From assembly GCA_035084275.1 (NCBI GenBank), contig CM068747.1:19158001-19222000 (forward strand): 64,000 nucleotides of DNA. Direction: 5' to 3'. The DNA is from Hydrolagus colliei. Taxonomy: Eukaryota. The position numbers and the translations under genes are program-made. Positions 28,186 to 40,138 of the stretch are shown here, piece by piece. Under the pieces are notes generated by a model. The model searched no databases. It worked only from the letters and a program-made list of their open reading frames with translations, and had not been told where the DNA came from. Every line of letters begins with the position of its first letter. Position 1 is the first letter of the stretch.

Positions 28186-29204
28186 CAGTAAAAGCCCATT
28201 TATCCGTGACCTCATCAGACGTAACTTCCGTATAACCGGCACTTCAAAAAAAAAGGTCCCCATTCGAATAACCGGATATTATCCGGCACAATTGCAGTGG
28301 TGCATTTAATGAGTTTGATTGTTGCACAAGAGTACAGCACAATTAGTTCTGAATGCTGCCGGTAGTGGCACTTCCGATTTCTCCTCTTAAAGAGGCACTG
28401 TTATTTATTCCTCTCCCTCTCTCCTTCTTTTTCTTTCTCTCCCTCTCCTTCCTTCCTCTCTATCTCTCCCTCTCTCTTTCTATCTCTTCCCCTCTCTCTT
28501 TCTATTTCTTTCCCCCTTCCTTCCTTCCTTCCTTTTTCCTTCCTTTTTCCTTCCTTTTTCCTTCCTTCCTTCCTTTCCCTCTCTGATGGATACTACATAT
28601 TGCCAGTGTAGCCTGACTGTAACATGGGTTTATACACTGTTTTGGTGGGGGGGGGGGGGGGGGGGGAGGTGGGAGAACGAGAGAGAGGCATGGAGAAAGA
28701 GGATGGGGATAAAGAGAGGGAAAGAGGGGTGGAAAAAGAGAGAGGAGTGGAAGGGGGAGAGAGAGGTGGGGGAGAGGAAGGGGGAGAGAAAGGGGGTGAG
28801 TTGATTAATTGAGATGGAAAATAAGAAGAGTGGAGGGTGGTTGGGTTTGGAGCCATTGAGATGCCAGACTGACTGAGAAAGAGAGAGAGATGGAAGGAGG
28901 GAGAGAAAGAAAGAAAAATAAAGGAGAAACTGATAGTGGAAAAAAGAGGAAAAAACTCTTTCGTCCACCATTGTAGAAGTTTGCTTTCTGATTGTGTGCT
29001 GTATTTATAGACTGTAATTGATATTTATTGCTTTATTGATATCCATAGAATATTCTGTTATTATTTAATTTATTATTAATATGGTATATTTTTTAAGTTT
29101 TTTTGTGTTGGGTTTTCGGCGTTGATATTCGACTGAATATCCATCATGCCATTTAACCGGCATTGGCCAGATCCCGAGGGTGCCAGATAAACAGACTTTT
29201 ACTG
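28186..29204. mobile_element. Long Tigger-like MITE (1019 bp) with expanded pyrimidine and purine tracts
   Basis: TIRs CAGTAAAAGCCCATTTATCC / AGATAAACAGACTTTTACTG; TA-flanked; inserted in the SINE (TTA)n tail. Confidence 0.88.
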
Positions 29205-30137
29205 TATTACTAAAGAGAAGTTGGAGATGGGGTGGTAATTTGAGAGTCGGGATGGGTCCAGGGAAGGTTTTTTAAGAATAGGGGTGATGACGGCTGTGTT
29301 TTTAAGAGGGTGGAAACGGTGCCAATGGACAAGGACAGATTGATGAGGCATGACCACTCACGCGGATCAGATAGGCTTATTTATATTATTTAAATACATT
29401 TTCTATTTATATATTCTGTACATTGTTACTGGGCTGAAAGTATATAATGGAAAGCTTATCGAGTTTGGAATCTGGAAAAGTCACAAGCTGATATTAAAGC
29501 CCAGACTTCTGACTGTGTGAATCAAATTGACGTGAAGGAACTCATCTTTAGTTCTTAAAAAAGATTTTTTTAAAAAGTAATTGAATTTTTTTATCTCATT
29601 TACTTCACCTCATATTCTTCTTTCTACAGCCGAGAGCAGAGTGGTTCAGATTGTGAGTAATCTCATAGCCAGCATTAATGCTGATCTGCAGTTGAGAGCT
29701 GTACCTCTGTCAGTGATGACTGGTTTACTGACTCTATGCCGAATCCTCAAATAAAAAAAAAACTATTCTGAGAACAGAACAACATCCATAAGATGAGGCT
29801 TTCAATTATAAGCGTTGCTTTCTTGTTAAATAGATTTACTTCTGCTCGGCAAGATTCATTGCCATTAATAAGTGCACATAGCTTCAAGGCAAGCAAAACC
29901 TAATGATTGTTTTAAATTTGGTACTTGAAAAATAAAGTTGTCGAAAGCGAGCAAACTATTTTAATTTTAGCTTGCCCTGAAGTGTGTGGAAATCTGAGTA
30001 ATTAAATGTACTATGGATTTCACTGAGATGATAATTTGTTCAACTATGAATTCTTATTGCTTGTGTTTTCAAGTTATGAATAATTTATAATGATTAAGAA
30101 ATTCCAATGCTAAAATCTATTGTTTCTGCTTTTGTAG

Positions 30138-30252
30138 GAAATAGCAAGTTCCAGCCCTCCTCAGAGAAACTGGAAAGGAATAGCCATTGCATTGCTGGTG
30201 ATCCTTGCTGTCTGCTCTCTCATCACCATCTCAGTCATCCTTTTAACTCCAG
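30138..30252 (+). CDS. DPP10: DPP10 internal coding exon (equivalent to exon 2; juxtamembrane plus transmembrane segment)
   Basis: Acceptor tttctgcttttgtAG and donor GTaaac. 115 nt, phase 0 to 1. Translates [38 protein letters not shown], the DPP6/DPP10 [17 protein letters not shown] transmembrane signature; CSLIT is DPP10-like. Confidence 0.93.
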
Positions 30253-30339
30253 GTAAACAAACACTCAACAGTTAATTCCACTAGTAAAATCACAGTATTT
30301 AACAGTACAGTACTGTGAAGAAAAGACATACTCTACTAC

Positions 30340-30685
30340 GTGTGCTGCACACTTCCTCAATCCCTCCATCTTGCCCCCTGTCTCCCCACTTTCAAATCCA
30401 GCCTAAAGACTTTCCTTTTCGATTGTGCCTTCTGCCACCCTCCACTCCCCTTCCCTCCCCTCCCCCCTTCCCTGCCCCTCCCCAGTGCTTGCGTCCCAAC
30501 CCCTAACGGTTCAGCACCATAGGACATCCTCCTGACTTGAAAGGTGCTGTATAAATATAATTTTGTTGTTGTTATTGTGTTTACGGTCACCTCCCCCTGA
30601 CTCGGTGTCAGACTCCACCACTGTCAAGTGTTCCAGGATGCTACCTTGTGTGAAGGGCGCTATATAAATGCAAGCTGTTGTTGTA
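30340..30685 (+). mobile_element. Two tandem L2 3' ends
   Basis: FKSSLKTFLFD peptide; two different stem-loop/(TTG)n tails. Confidence 0.8.
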
Positions 30686-32004
30686 TCACATTGGCAGCTT
30701 CCCATGACAATGGATTCTATTTACCACATGTAACTTGATGTATACCCAACAGGAAGTTGAACTTGTTTAAAAACAGCACAAATACTTCTCTAATGTATTA
30801 CATACAATATCATACATACTCACGCCCCACATCTGTGACTTTTCACAGTAGGGAACATTATAGAATGCATTGCAGTGTAACTCCTTGGCTACTATTATGG
30901 ATTATACTTGTTACTGGAGTGCGATCCCCTGAGGCTGTACCATTAGCTGTGCCATATCACTCACAGATCCCCTATGTGGCTTTGTCACTATTTTTTGCAA
31001 CAAACGACTATTGTTTTGAGCAAACAGTTCAGTCGCAAAATTTGGTCCAGCCTTTGCTGCCACTGCGTTACATTCCCTCTAGCTACTTCTATCGTTCTGT
31101 GATGCTCTGGTTTTTTTTAATTGTTTACCCGTACAAATTAAATAAAGTTCCTCCCATTTCACTTGATCTACATTCAAACAATCAGCAAGAATTCTCTGCA
31201 GTTGAAATACAAATTGATAACTTCTTCAATTCCATGCTTCTATTTGGAACAATTTTAAACTCTGTACCCAACGTTAATCAGATCTGGGCTCACATCCACC
31301 CAATGGAATACAATTGGATGGTTTTAGATTTTGGATCTAGCTTGAACAGTTAAAAATTAACTCTAATGGAACTAAGTAAAAATACATTTTACTTTGCAAT
31401 TAATATTGGCACTAAAACTGATGCAAATGGTAACAGATACTGTAATTCAATTCTACATTCAAGTTAATTTTATTCATTTTTCATGTGTCACAATTATGAT
31501 ACCAAATGAATATACAACCAACTAACTTAGAGTGACAACTTATCTGGCCGCTTAACACCGGGAGTTTTTAAATAAATATACAATTAAAATAAATAAACAA
31601 TATTTATTTAAATGTTGTATACATAATATTTCATAATTAGAATATTTTGAATAACTATAAAAATGCAGGTGTCAGTCTAGTTCAGTTAGTTGCACTCTCA
31701 CCTGCAAGTGAGAAGATTGTAGGTTCATGCCTCATATCAAGACTTTGAATTCACAAAGTCCAGGTTCATATTTCAATGTGCTGCATTTGCCCACAAAATA
31801 CCAACCTTTCAAATTACAATAAATCCGTTGAAATGCTTTAAAACATCATCCTGTACTGAAAGGCAAATGCAGCTAACAAATGGAAGGATTACTATTCCTT
31901 TCTTTGATTAAGATAAATTCCTTTCTTAATGTTTGCCTATAGGATTGTTAAAGATTTGTCCTGCTTCGTAATATTGGAGTTAGTGAAGGAATTTCTGGTT
32001 TTAT

Positions 32005-32205
32005 CCCTCAATAATCCCTCAAGAAAAAAATGATAAATTGGTCATTTAAATCCGCAGATGTTTGTGGGACATTGCTGGGCACAATTGGCTGCTGCATTTC
32101 ATCTACAAATAGACAATTAATTCACTTTACAGTATATTCTGTGAAGCACTTTGAAACGTCTGGAAGACATGGGAAGCGCTATATCAAATGCAAGGATTAT
32201 TATTA
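32005..32205 (+). mobile_element. 5'-truncated SINE
   Basis: Family core and tail. Confidence 0.85.
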
Positions 32206-32489
32206 AGAAGAAAATTGCTTTAATAATGAGTTAAAATTATCCAATATCATATTGAATGTTGTTCCATGGGGATTCAGACTATGTTTAACCTTCTGCCTCC
32301 TGGTCAGATTTTTCCTTTTTTTAAAAAGAATTGTCGTAGATTTAGTGTTAGATTATGTCAGGAGATCTGTGGCACAGGCCAGTGACCCATATAACACTGA
32401 AAACACTTTTACAATTCCATTGATGCTGCTTCAGGCATCAAATAAATGTACTTTTTCATGTCCTTGCCCTTGTAGAAATCTGTTGTCAA

Positions 32490-32652
32490 CATGAGAAGTA
32501 GATAATTATTTTGGGAGGACAAGTTTGCAAGGCTATGGGGAGAGAGCAGGTGAGTGGGATTGATTTGGACAGCTTTTTTCAAAGAGCCGGCACAGACATG
32601 ATAGGCTGAATAGCCTCCTTTTGTGTATATAATTTTATGATATGATTCTATG
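32490..32652 (+). mobile_element. CR1 3' end
   Basis: ggctatggggagagagcagg...aaagagccggcacagac...(tatga)n. Confidence 0.8.
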
Positions 32653-33456
32653 ATAGGACAAGTAAAATACAGCATTGTACAACATTGTAGATACTGAGGT
32701 TCAACAATATTTAACGTTCAGAAACCAGGATCATATAGATCTCTAATGTATCATAATCAGAGATTACATTAATAATAATTTTTGCATCTGATACAGAACC
32801 TTATCTCATTGTCAAAATATCTCAAAGTGCTTCATAGGATATAGTGTAAAATGAAGCGACTGTGTGTAGTTGTGGGTGAATGCAGCAGACAAGTTGATTT
32901 TAGGCATCACATTTTATGGTGAACCTTGTTCCAGTTTGGTTTGAACACAATCCCAAAAATAAGTGTAAACGTGGCAAAGAGTATGAAAGGATCTAACATG
33001 CCTAGACTTTGATTGTAGTGAATGGATGGAGAAGCAGAGAAGACATCCTTTGGATCAATAAGCATTTGAACAGATAGCTGTTCACTATTGATCTGACTCA
33101 CACCTTCCATCCAGTATATCCTGGGGATAAATACTTTAATGCGCTTTAAATAATACTTAAAATGTATGCAGACTATTCACTGACCAAACTATTACCAAAA
33201 TGTTTTGTGTGTTAATAGATCATTGTAAAGGAAAGAAGTCAAGTTCCCATTTTGAGCCCGTAAGTCATTGGTATCCGTGCCAATGTACCATGGGTGAAAC
33301 AAGTGGTGCCCCATAGAACTGAAGCATGAAATATCCAGTAGGTTAGTCAGGTCTGAAAGCAAAATATTGATTCTGTTTTACTTTTGGTGGTTGGCTGGTA
33401 GAGAGGCACACCTAAAAATATATGAATCTTGGAAGTATAAAAAAGGAAATCACTTT

Positions 33457-33660
33457 ATAATAATAATAATCCTTGCATTTGATTTTGTGCTTTTCACGTG
33501 TTCCAGACATCTCGAAGCACTGCACAGAATATACTATAACATGAATTGACTGTATTTTTGTGGGTGGAACGCAGCAGACAATTGTGCACAGGAATGTCCC
33601 CAAAACAGTCATGGATTGAAAATGACAGATTTACTATTGCATTTTTTTTAGATTATTAAT
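33457..33660 (-). mobile_element. 5'-truncated SINE
   Basis: Family tail and core. Confidence 0.85.
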
Positions 33661-34786
33661 GAATGTATATAAATATTATACATACATGTGCCATTTTCTT
33701 TTCTCAATTTCAAGGCAGATGAGGGCTCAAAATTAAATTAGTTAACTCTGCAATGGATCCAGACAAGGTCACTTGCATCATGGTGTATCTTGTGTTGCTT
33801 CAGAGGGGGATGTTCACCTGAATGACCACCTGATGAGTTTATCCTCAGAGGAGATAACTGATGAATGATTTCAAGCTCCCAGAAACTCGAAAATGAGCAT
33901 GGATGCAATCCGTTAGTAATGGCATAGGGCAATTTAACCAAGCTGCTTCTCGTGTTCATTCTGCCATTATAACATAAAACACTTCTGCTGGCACCATGCC
34001 CTCACTCTACCTGTTAGTTTGCATTCTCCTTGATATTTCCTTAATAGCACTGAGCACATTTCCTTTGAATACCAGACTTCCAGTTGACCTTTCACTGTCA
34101 GACCTAGTCTTTCCAGTTCTCAACTAAAGTGACTAATAGTCAAGAGCTCAGGTTCAGCAATCTAACTCTCAATCCTTCGTTCTTTGATTGAACAGATTTA
34201 CCTTCACAGGTCTTTTGTTGCCACCCAAGGCTTCTTGGTGGATCTCTCTCCAATATTAATTGGTTTAAAATATAAGAATGCAAAATGATTTAAAAGGGGC
34301 TTCACACAGAAAATCTGTTGACCTAAGTGAGTTTTTTCGTGTGTATAGGGAATGGGTTAGAAATCAGAATGACACATCATTATTACTTCATTCTGTTTAT
34401 GGCCAGTGCATGATAACATTTATACGTCACTAACTAGTTTGTAAAGATTGATGACAATCCTCAGTATTTACTGCTTTTACAGCATTATACTGTATATGTG
34501 TGACCGATTGGTCTAGCTGTCTCTGTGTATATAGCTGCAGGATGCCCATGATAGAAAGAACTGTCACTTTGCCATGTCACACATGTACTTAAATGCTGCT
34601 TCTCTTTAATAGCCTAATTAGGTGCAGTGCTGACCATTTTCATTTCACCCTTTTTTTAATGTCTCATAAGGCTCTAGGGTAGAATGCCTAGCAATCCTAG
34701 TTTAACATAGAAGTAAAAAGGTATTGCGGGTCACTTATGTCAATTTGCAGCGGTGGTTACCAGAAACTGTGCTCAGTGCATGTTTT

Positions 34787-35088
34787 GGAGTCCTGTAGCT
34801 CAGTGGTTAGAGCACTCGCCTTACAAGCTTGAGACCTATGTTCAAATCCAGGCAGGTCGAAACCTTGGGCAAGTTTCCTCACTCCACAAGCCTAATAATA
34901 ATCCCTCCAAAACAAAACAATAATAAAAATTGGTAATTTCACTCCAAGACTGTTTGTGGGATACTGCTGTGCGCAATTGGCTGCCGTATGTATGCAGTCA
35001 ATCCACTTTACAGGATATTCTATGAAGCGCTTTAAGACGTCCAGAAGACGTGAAAAGCGCTATATCAAATGCAAGGATTATTATTATT
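34787..35088 (+). mobile_element. Near full-length tRNA-headed SINE (reference copy)
   Basis: A box TAGCTCAGTGG, B box GTTCAAATCC, Deu-like core, 3' stem-loop and (TAT)n. Confidence 0.93.
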
Positions 35089-36759
35089 GCTTTTAGAGAT
35101 GGGATAAAGGTTATGCTTGTGATTTAGCAATAATAAGAGCTTCTAACTGTTGTCATATCATCAAGGGGAGATGTTAGGAAGTGGTTGGGCATTCCAGAGG
35201 ACGGGAAGGCAAAACAAAAAAAATTAGGGAGGGCAGGAAGGAAGAAGCCCCCTTGAGCAACTCTTCACACCTCCTACTGACCAGTCTAAGAATGGCACCA
35301 GCAATGCCAGAGGAACAAATATGGATCTGCCAGCCTTGGCAGCCAAGGAATGTCCACAGTGCTGTGCACCATAAAGACCAAGAGAATACTTGAGGAATTA
35401 GGAAGGAAACATTTGCAGAAATAATTGTTTTGTTCCAAACTATTCTTCCACATATAAATCTGCAGCACAGAAATTAGCCATTTGGCTCATTGTATCTCTA
35501 CCATTTTTACTTCTATTTTACGTCTCCTTTTTTATTAATGACGCTTTATTCCTCTTTCTCCTTACACATTAAGGTTTTTATAACTCAGGTTCTTATCCAA
35601 TTCCTCTTTGAATGTTATATTAATCCAGTCTCAATAGCCACCTGCAATGATTAGTTCAACACTTGAACTCACAGGAAGAAATTCTTTCTAACATCCCTCA
35701 AGATTCTTCTGCTAACAGTCCTGAAGCCATGCCTTTTGTTCCAATTCCCCAACTAAAGCAAATGTGTTTCCCAATTTTAACTTATCATGGACCCTACAAC
35801 CTATGGTTAGAATTGCTTTGCTGTATTAGAGTGGAAAAAACCCTCCATTTGGGGATTTGTTCATATTAGATTAATTCTCATTTCTAATTTACACCATTCT
35901 GCAACCTAGGCTTAGCTATGAAGTATTATGCAATAGCATTGTACATAAATCTAAAGAAATTTTAATTTGGTTATTTTTAACTGTTCAGGGTTGGATTTTG
36001 CTGAGAGAGAAGCCTTTTCCATTCTACTACAAATTCAAATTACATTAATCCTTTTCCTCAACTCTACCTGTACATTTATGAAAATTGAGTCATGAACAAA
36101 CAACACAACAACTACATTTGTCGGCCATAAAATAATTCTTAATATTCTATAAGTGTCAAGTCATTCTTCATTTCAGATTTATGTTACAGCTGATAAAGTA
36201 AGCCAAACATCCTGATAGAATCATCCCTCAACAACACTGAGAAAGAGAACATGGAACTGTCTTTAATCGATGTGTTTAATACATGATTCCAACAGGAAAA
36301 TAAAATCACTGAAATAATTAAAGAAAAAACTACGAATTTGTGTTGAAAGCTTATCAGAAAGGAAGGTTAAACACAAGTACATTATCACCTTTGATAGTCA
36401 ATTAAGGGATGAATTTAAATATTTTAGGGATTAAGCAGTCTGTATTCAGACAGTGAGTATTGAGGCACTCTGTACATTATTGATGAACTGAAAAATCGGA
36501 TTTCTCTAATGATGGTTTCATAGTTAATTGCTTGGAACAAGGTAAACCCTCCAGCGGTAAATTTATCTGAAATTCAGCTACTTGACCTAAACAAATGAGT
36601 CTGATTTATGCAAAATTAGTGGAAAGTTCTGTAACTAATGTGTATAATTCTTCGCTTGCTCAAATTAAGAATTGCTCTCAAAGAAACTCACTATTCTGCA
36701 TTAAGATTTTGAACGGATCTCTCATAAGAAATAGTTTGCTTTTAACAGTTAAATGACCA

Positions 36760-37503
36760 GGCTGTGTCCTTGGCCCTCTCCTTTTCAACATCTATATGTG
36801 ACATCATCCACAGAGACGGGGTCAACTTCAATATGTCTGGTAGGGGGTGCCAGGGCGTGAATCTATGGCAGCCAACTCTATCTTTCTGCCTTGCACACTC
36901 GATTCCAGGACCACTGCTGTCCTGGCAGACTGTTTGTTGAACAGCAAGTCCTGGATGAGAGCTAACTTTCTATAGTTGAATGTTAACAAGACCGAGGCAC
37001 TCCTGATTAGCTCACGCCAGCGCCTATGTATCTCAGGCAATGGCAGCATCAATCTCCATGGATGCACACTTCACCTCACCAAGCCAGTCAGGAACCCAGG
37101 CATCTTGATTCATTTCTCAACTGTCTTTTCTCTCCCACATTCATGCCATTACCCACTTTGCCTTTCTTCACCTCTGTAACATTGTCCACCTCTGGCACTA
37201 CCTCACCCATTAGATCACTGAAACTCTCGTTCATGCCTTCATCAGATCCAGGTTCAACTATGACAATGCCCTGTTTTGTCGGCCTCCAAAACTCCATCCT
37301 GCTATCCCTCTGCCTTGCCCCCTCCCTAGCCTGTTTCAAATCCTGCCTCAACATCCTCCTCATCAACCGTGCCATCGATCACACCCCTTCCCATTCCTTC
37401 CACCTTCCCTGATCACAGCTCAGGTCCAAAACTCCGACTGTCCAGCACCTTGGGATGTCCTCCCGACATGAAAGGCGCTACACAAATGTAATTTTGTTGT
37501 TTT
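36760..37503 (+). mobile_element. L2 RT and 3' end with deletions
   Basis: GCVLGPLLFNIY and LNVNKTEALLI motifs; L2 tail. Confidence 0.85.
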
Positions 37504-37651
37504 TTGTGAAATTCCACTGTTAGGATTTTCATTCTAAATAAATCAATTCAGGGATGAACAAAGCAATTTTTTGGCTTCATTGACTAATTGTTTACTCCTG
37601 TTTGAAACTATTGTTTACCTTTCAATTCATGATTATTGTGTCTTATTCCAG

Positions 37652-37747
37652 ATGATACATCAAAAACAGCAGATGCACGTTTGTCCCTGGATGACCTGTT
37701 CAGGATGGAGTTCGCTGTTCATGACCCAGAAGTGAAATGGATCAATG
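37652..37747 (+). CDS. DPP10: DPP10 internal coding exon (equivalent to exon 3; start of extracellular domain)
   Basis: Acceptor tcttattccAG and donor GTatgt. 96 nt, phase 1 to 1, in frame with the previous exon. Translates (D)DTSKTADARLSLDDLFRMEFAVHDPEVKWIN, matching the recalled DPP10 RLSLEDLFRKDFVLHDPEARWIN better than DPP6 [23 protein letters not shown]. Confidence 0.92.
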
Positions 37748-37949
37748 GTATGTGTAAATTTAAAGCTTGAGTTTGTAAAGTCTAAATATCAAGTACAGGA
37801 TATGCACTGAAGAATAGATGGCTAAGGATGTGTATTAAGCATCAATAAATCTTTCCTTTCATTGAAAGAACATGCTGTAAAAATGAAATGGTAAATAATT
37901 TGGTTGCATAAGGAGCATGTTTCTAATTCATTTTGGTCAGCCATATGTA

Positions 37950-38745
37950 TCAACAACAACAACCACTTGCACTTACATAACATCCTCCACGTAGGGCAGT
38001 GTCTCAGAGAGCTTAAGTGGTGGAGCCTGTCTCCCAAGCCGGTGGGAGGCGGCTGTAAGCCTGGTCAAAGAGAAAAGTTTTCAAGTGGGGCTTGAAACTG
38101 GGAAGAGGTGAGGGAGCAAAGCGGAGGGATTGAGGGAGAGATTTCCACAGTGGCTGAAAGCGCAACCTCCAATGGTGGGGCAGAATGAGCAGGAGGCTGG
38201 TGCCAGTCGAGTGGAGGCTCCTTGTGGTGTATTTGGGAGTGAGGAGTTTGGAGAGGTAGGGGGTGCCAGGGAGTGAATAGATTTGAACACAAGTATGAGG
38301 ATATTGAAGTCCATCTGTTCAGTGATGGGAAGCAAGTGGAGCCTGGCCAGAACTGGTGAGATATGGATACAGAGTTTGGTCTGGGTCAGTATACAGACTG
38401 CAGAGTTCTGAGATGGATCTTTTGAATGATATAACTGTGGAGGCCGTCGAGGAGTGTGTTGGAGTAATTCAATTGGGAAGTGACAAATACATGCACAAGG
38501 GTTTCGGCTGCATTTGGGATAAGGTGGACAATGTGGCAAAGGTGGATGAAGGCAGTCCTAGTCAGGGACCGGATGTGGGAGAGGAAGAACAGCTGGGGGT
38601 CAATCCAGACACCTAGAATGAGCACTAGTTCAGTGAGTCTGAGGGAGAGCCTAGGGAGGTTGAGGAGTTTAGATCCTCACGAGAGAAGATGTTGACGGGA
38701 ACCAAGAAGTATGGCTTCCATATTGTCCATATTCAGCTGTAGGAG
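37950..38745 (-). mobile_element. L2 RT C-terminus and 3' end
   Basis: LGVWIDPQL and AAETLVHVFVTSQLNYSN peptides; (CAA)n tail. Confidence 0.88.
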
Positions 38746-39413
38746 GTATCATACAAGTGGAAACCCAAACCATTGCTTTAGATTATGCAAACCCTTATGA
38801 GTATGTTTGTTCCATGTATGGATGCCACCAGTATATTCAAATTTCTCTTTGTCTTCAATGCAGTGTGCATTTTCTCCCCAAGGGATGTAACTTACTTATC
38901 TAATTTCATAAAGAGGGAAGTGTAAATTGGAAGGAACTGAGTATTGGAACCTTAGCCTTGGGGTATGAAGGACTTTAGCCAACTGGAACCACGTAGCTTG
39001 CCATTACCATTACAGTCTGGCACACATCTTGCCATTACAATAGAGTTAGCCAACTGTGTCGAGGAATTCTCCCTCTCCCCACCAATTCTGCCAGTGAGTC
39101 GGGTTAGCTGGTTTGTCATCAAAATGGAATCCTGTACATGAGCTGACTCAGGAAATGTGCTACTGAGACTTCCATAAGCGATTGACTTGATTCTAATATT
39201 TCATTGCAAGGTACTGTACATCACTTTGCTATTTACCAGGTTTAATTTTAAACGGGTTGCTTTTTTTTAAACAAAAAGAAAAGTATATACAAAGTGTTGA
39301 TCCTGAAACAAAAAGTCTTTCACTGTCAGGCCAAGAGCTAATCTTACTGTTTACATCAATATGTTTCCATGTTGAAAAATGCCCACCCAAGGCTATTTAA
39401 TTGGATTTAAAAT

Positions 39414-40138
39414 GGAGTCCTGCAGCAACAACAACAACAACATCGATTCATATAGTGCCCTCCATGCCCTTGGCATCTCAGAGTGCTTAGCATAGTGGTG
39501 AGAGTATTTGCCTCCCGAGTGAGAGGACATAGGTTCGATTCCTGGGCAGGTCGAAACATTGGGCAAATTTCCTTACTCCACTCATTTCTGTTTACCTTGC
39601 AGTAAATAGGAACCTGGTTGTTATTGAATTGACGGATCACTTTTCCGGAGATAATAATTCCTTCATTAATAAATAATTAAAATAATTTGATCACTCAATC
39701 CACAACCATTTGTGGGATACTGCAATTGGCTGTTAAGTTTCACCCACAAAATAATAATAATCCTTTTAATTTAGCACTTTTCACGTCTTCTAGATGTCTC
39801 AAAGCACTTCACAGAATATAAAGTGAATTGACTGTATATTTGTGGGCGAAAAACAGCAGCCAAATGTGCACAGAAGTGTCCCACAAACAGTCGTGGATTG
39901 AATAACCAAATTACTGTATAATCATTTTTTTCTTGAGGGATAATTATCAGGTATTTGGAGTAAGGAAACTTGCCCAAAGCCTGGCAATCAAATCCAGGTC
40001 TCTCACTTGTGAGGTGAGTGCTCTAACCAGTCGACCTGGAGGACTCCACAGTCAACCCACTGAACAGTATATTCTGTGAAGCACAGTCACAAAGACGTGA
40101 TAAGGAACTATATCAAATGCAAGGAATATTATTATTAT
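39414..40138 (+). mobile_element. Long-subfamily SINE containing an antisense LINE tail (39427-39486) and an antisense SINE (39751-40048)
   Basis: Collinear SINE pieces surround the two inserts. Confidence 0.8.

Larger units (their letters stand above)
26038..29350 (-). mobile_element. L2 LINE (RT to 3' end) split by nested SINEs and MITEs at 27343-29210
   Basis: LLDLSAVFDTIDH and FHMYA peptides; L2 continues at 27594-27610 and 29211-29350. Confidence 0.8.
30253..37651 (+). other. DPP10: DPP10 GT-AG intron (7.4 kb)
   Basis: Lies between two phase-compatible exons with canonical splice sites. Confidence 0.85.

Noticed and set aside
1-29500. Search for a coding first exon of DPP10
   Set aside because: No ATG-to-donor segment resembling known DPP10 N-termini could be supported.
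30510-30530. RE1/REST-like TTCAGCACC-ata-GGACA near exon 2
   Set aside because: Spacer is 3 nt rather than 2, the right half-site is poor, and it derives from the ordinary L2 tail.
30757-31353. 198-aa ORF just downstream of exon 2
   Set aside because: Non-ATG start, no recognisable domain, intronic composition.
33740-34250. Possible decayed Penelope RT on the minus strand
   Set aside because: Similarity too weak to call without a profile search.
34787-34860. tRNA-like sequences with A and B boxes
   Set aside because: These are SINE heads continuing into SINE body and tail in many copies, not tRNA genes.
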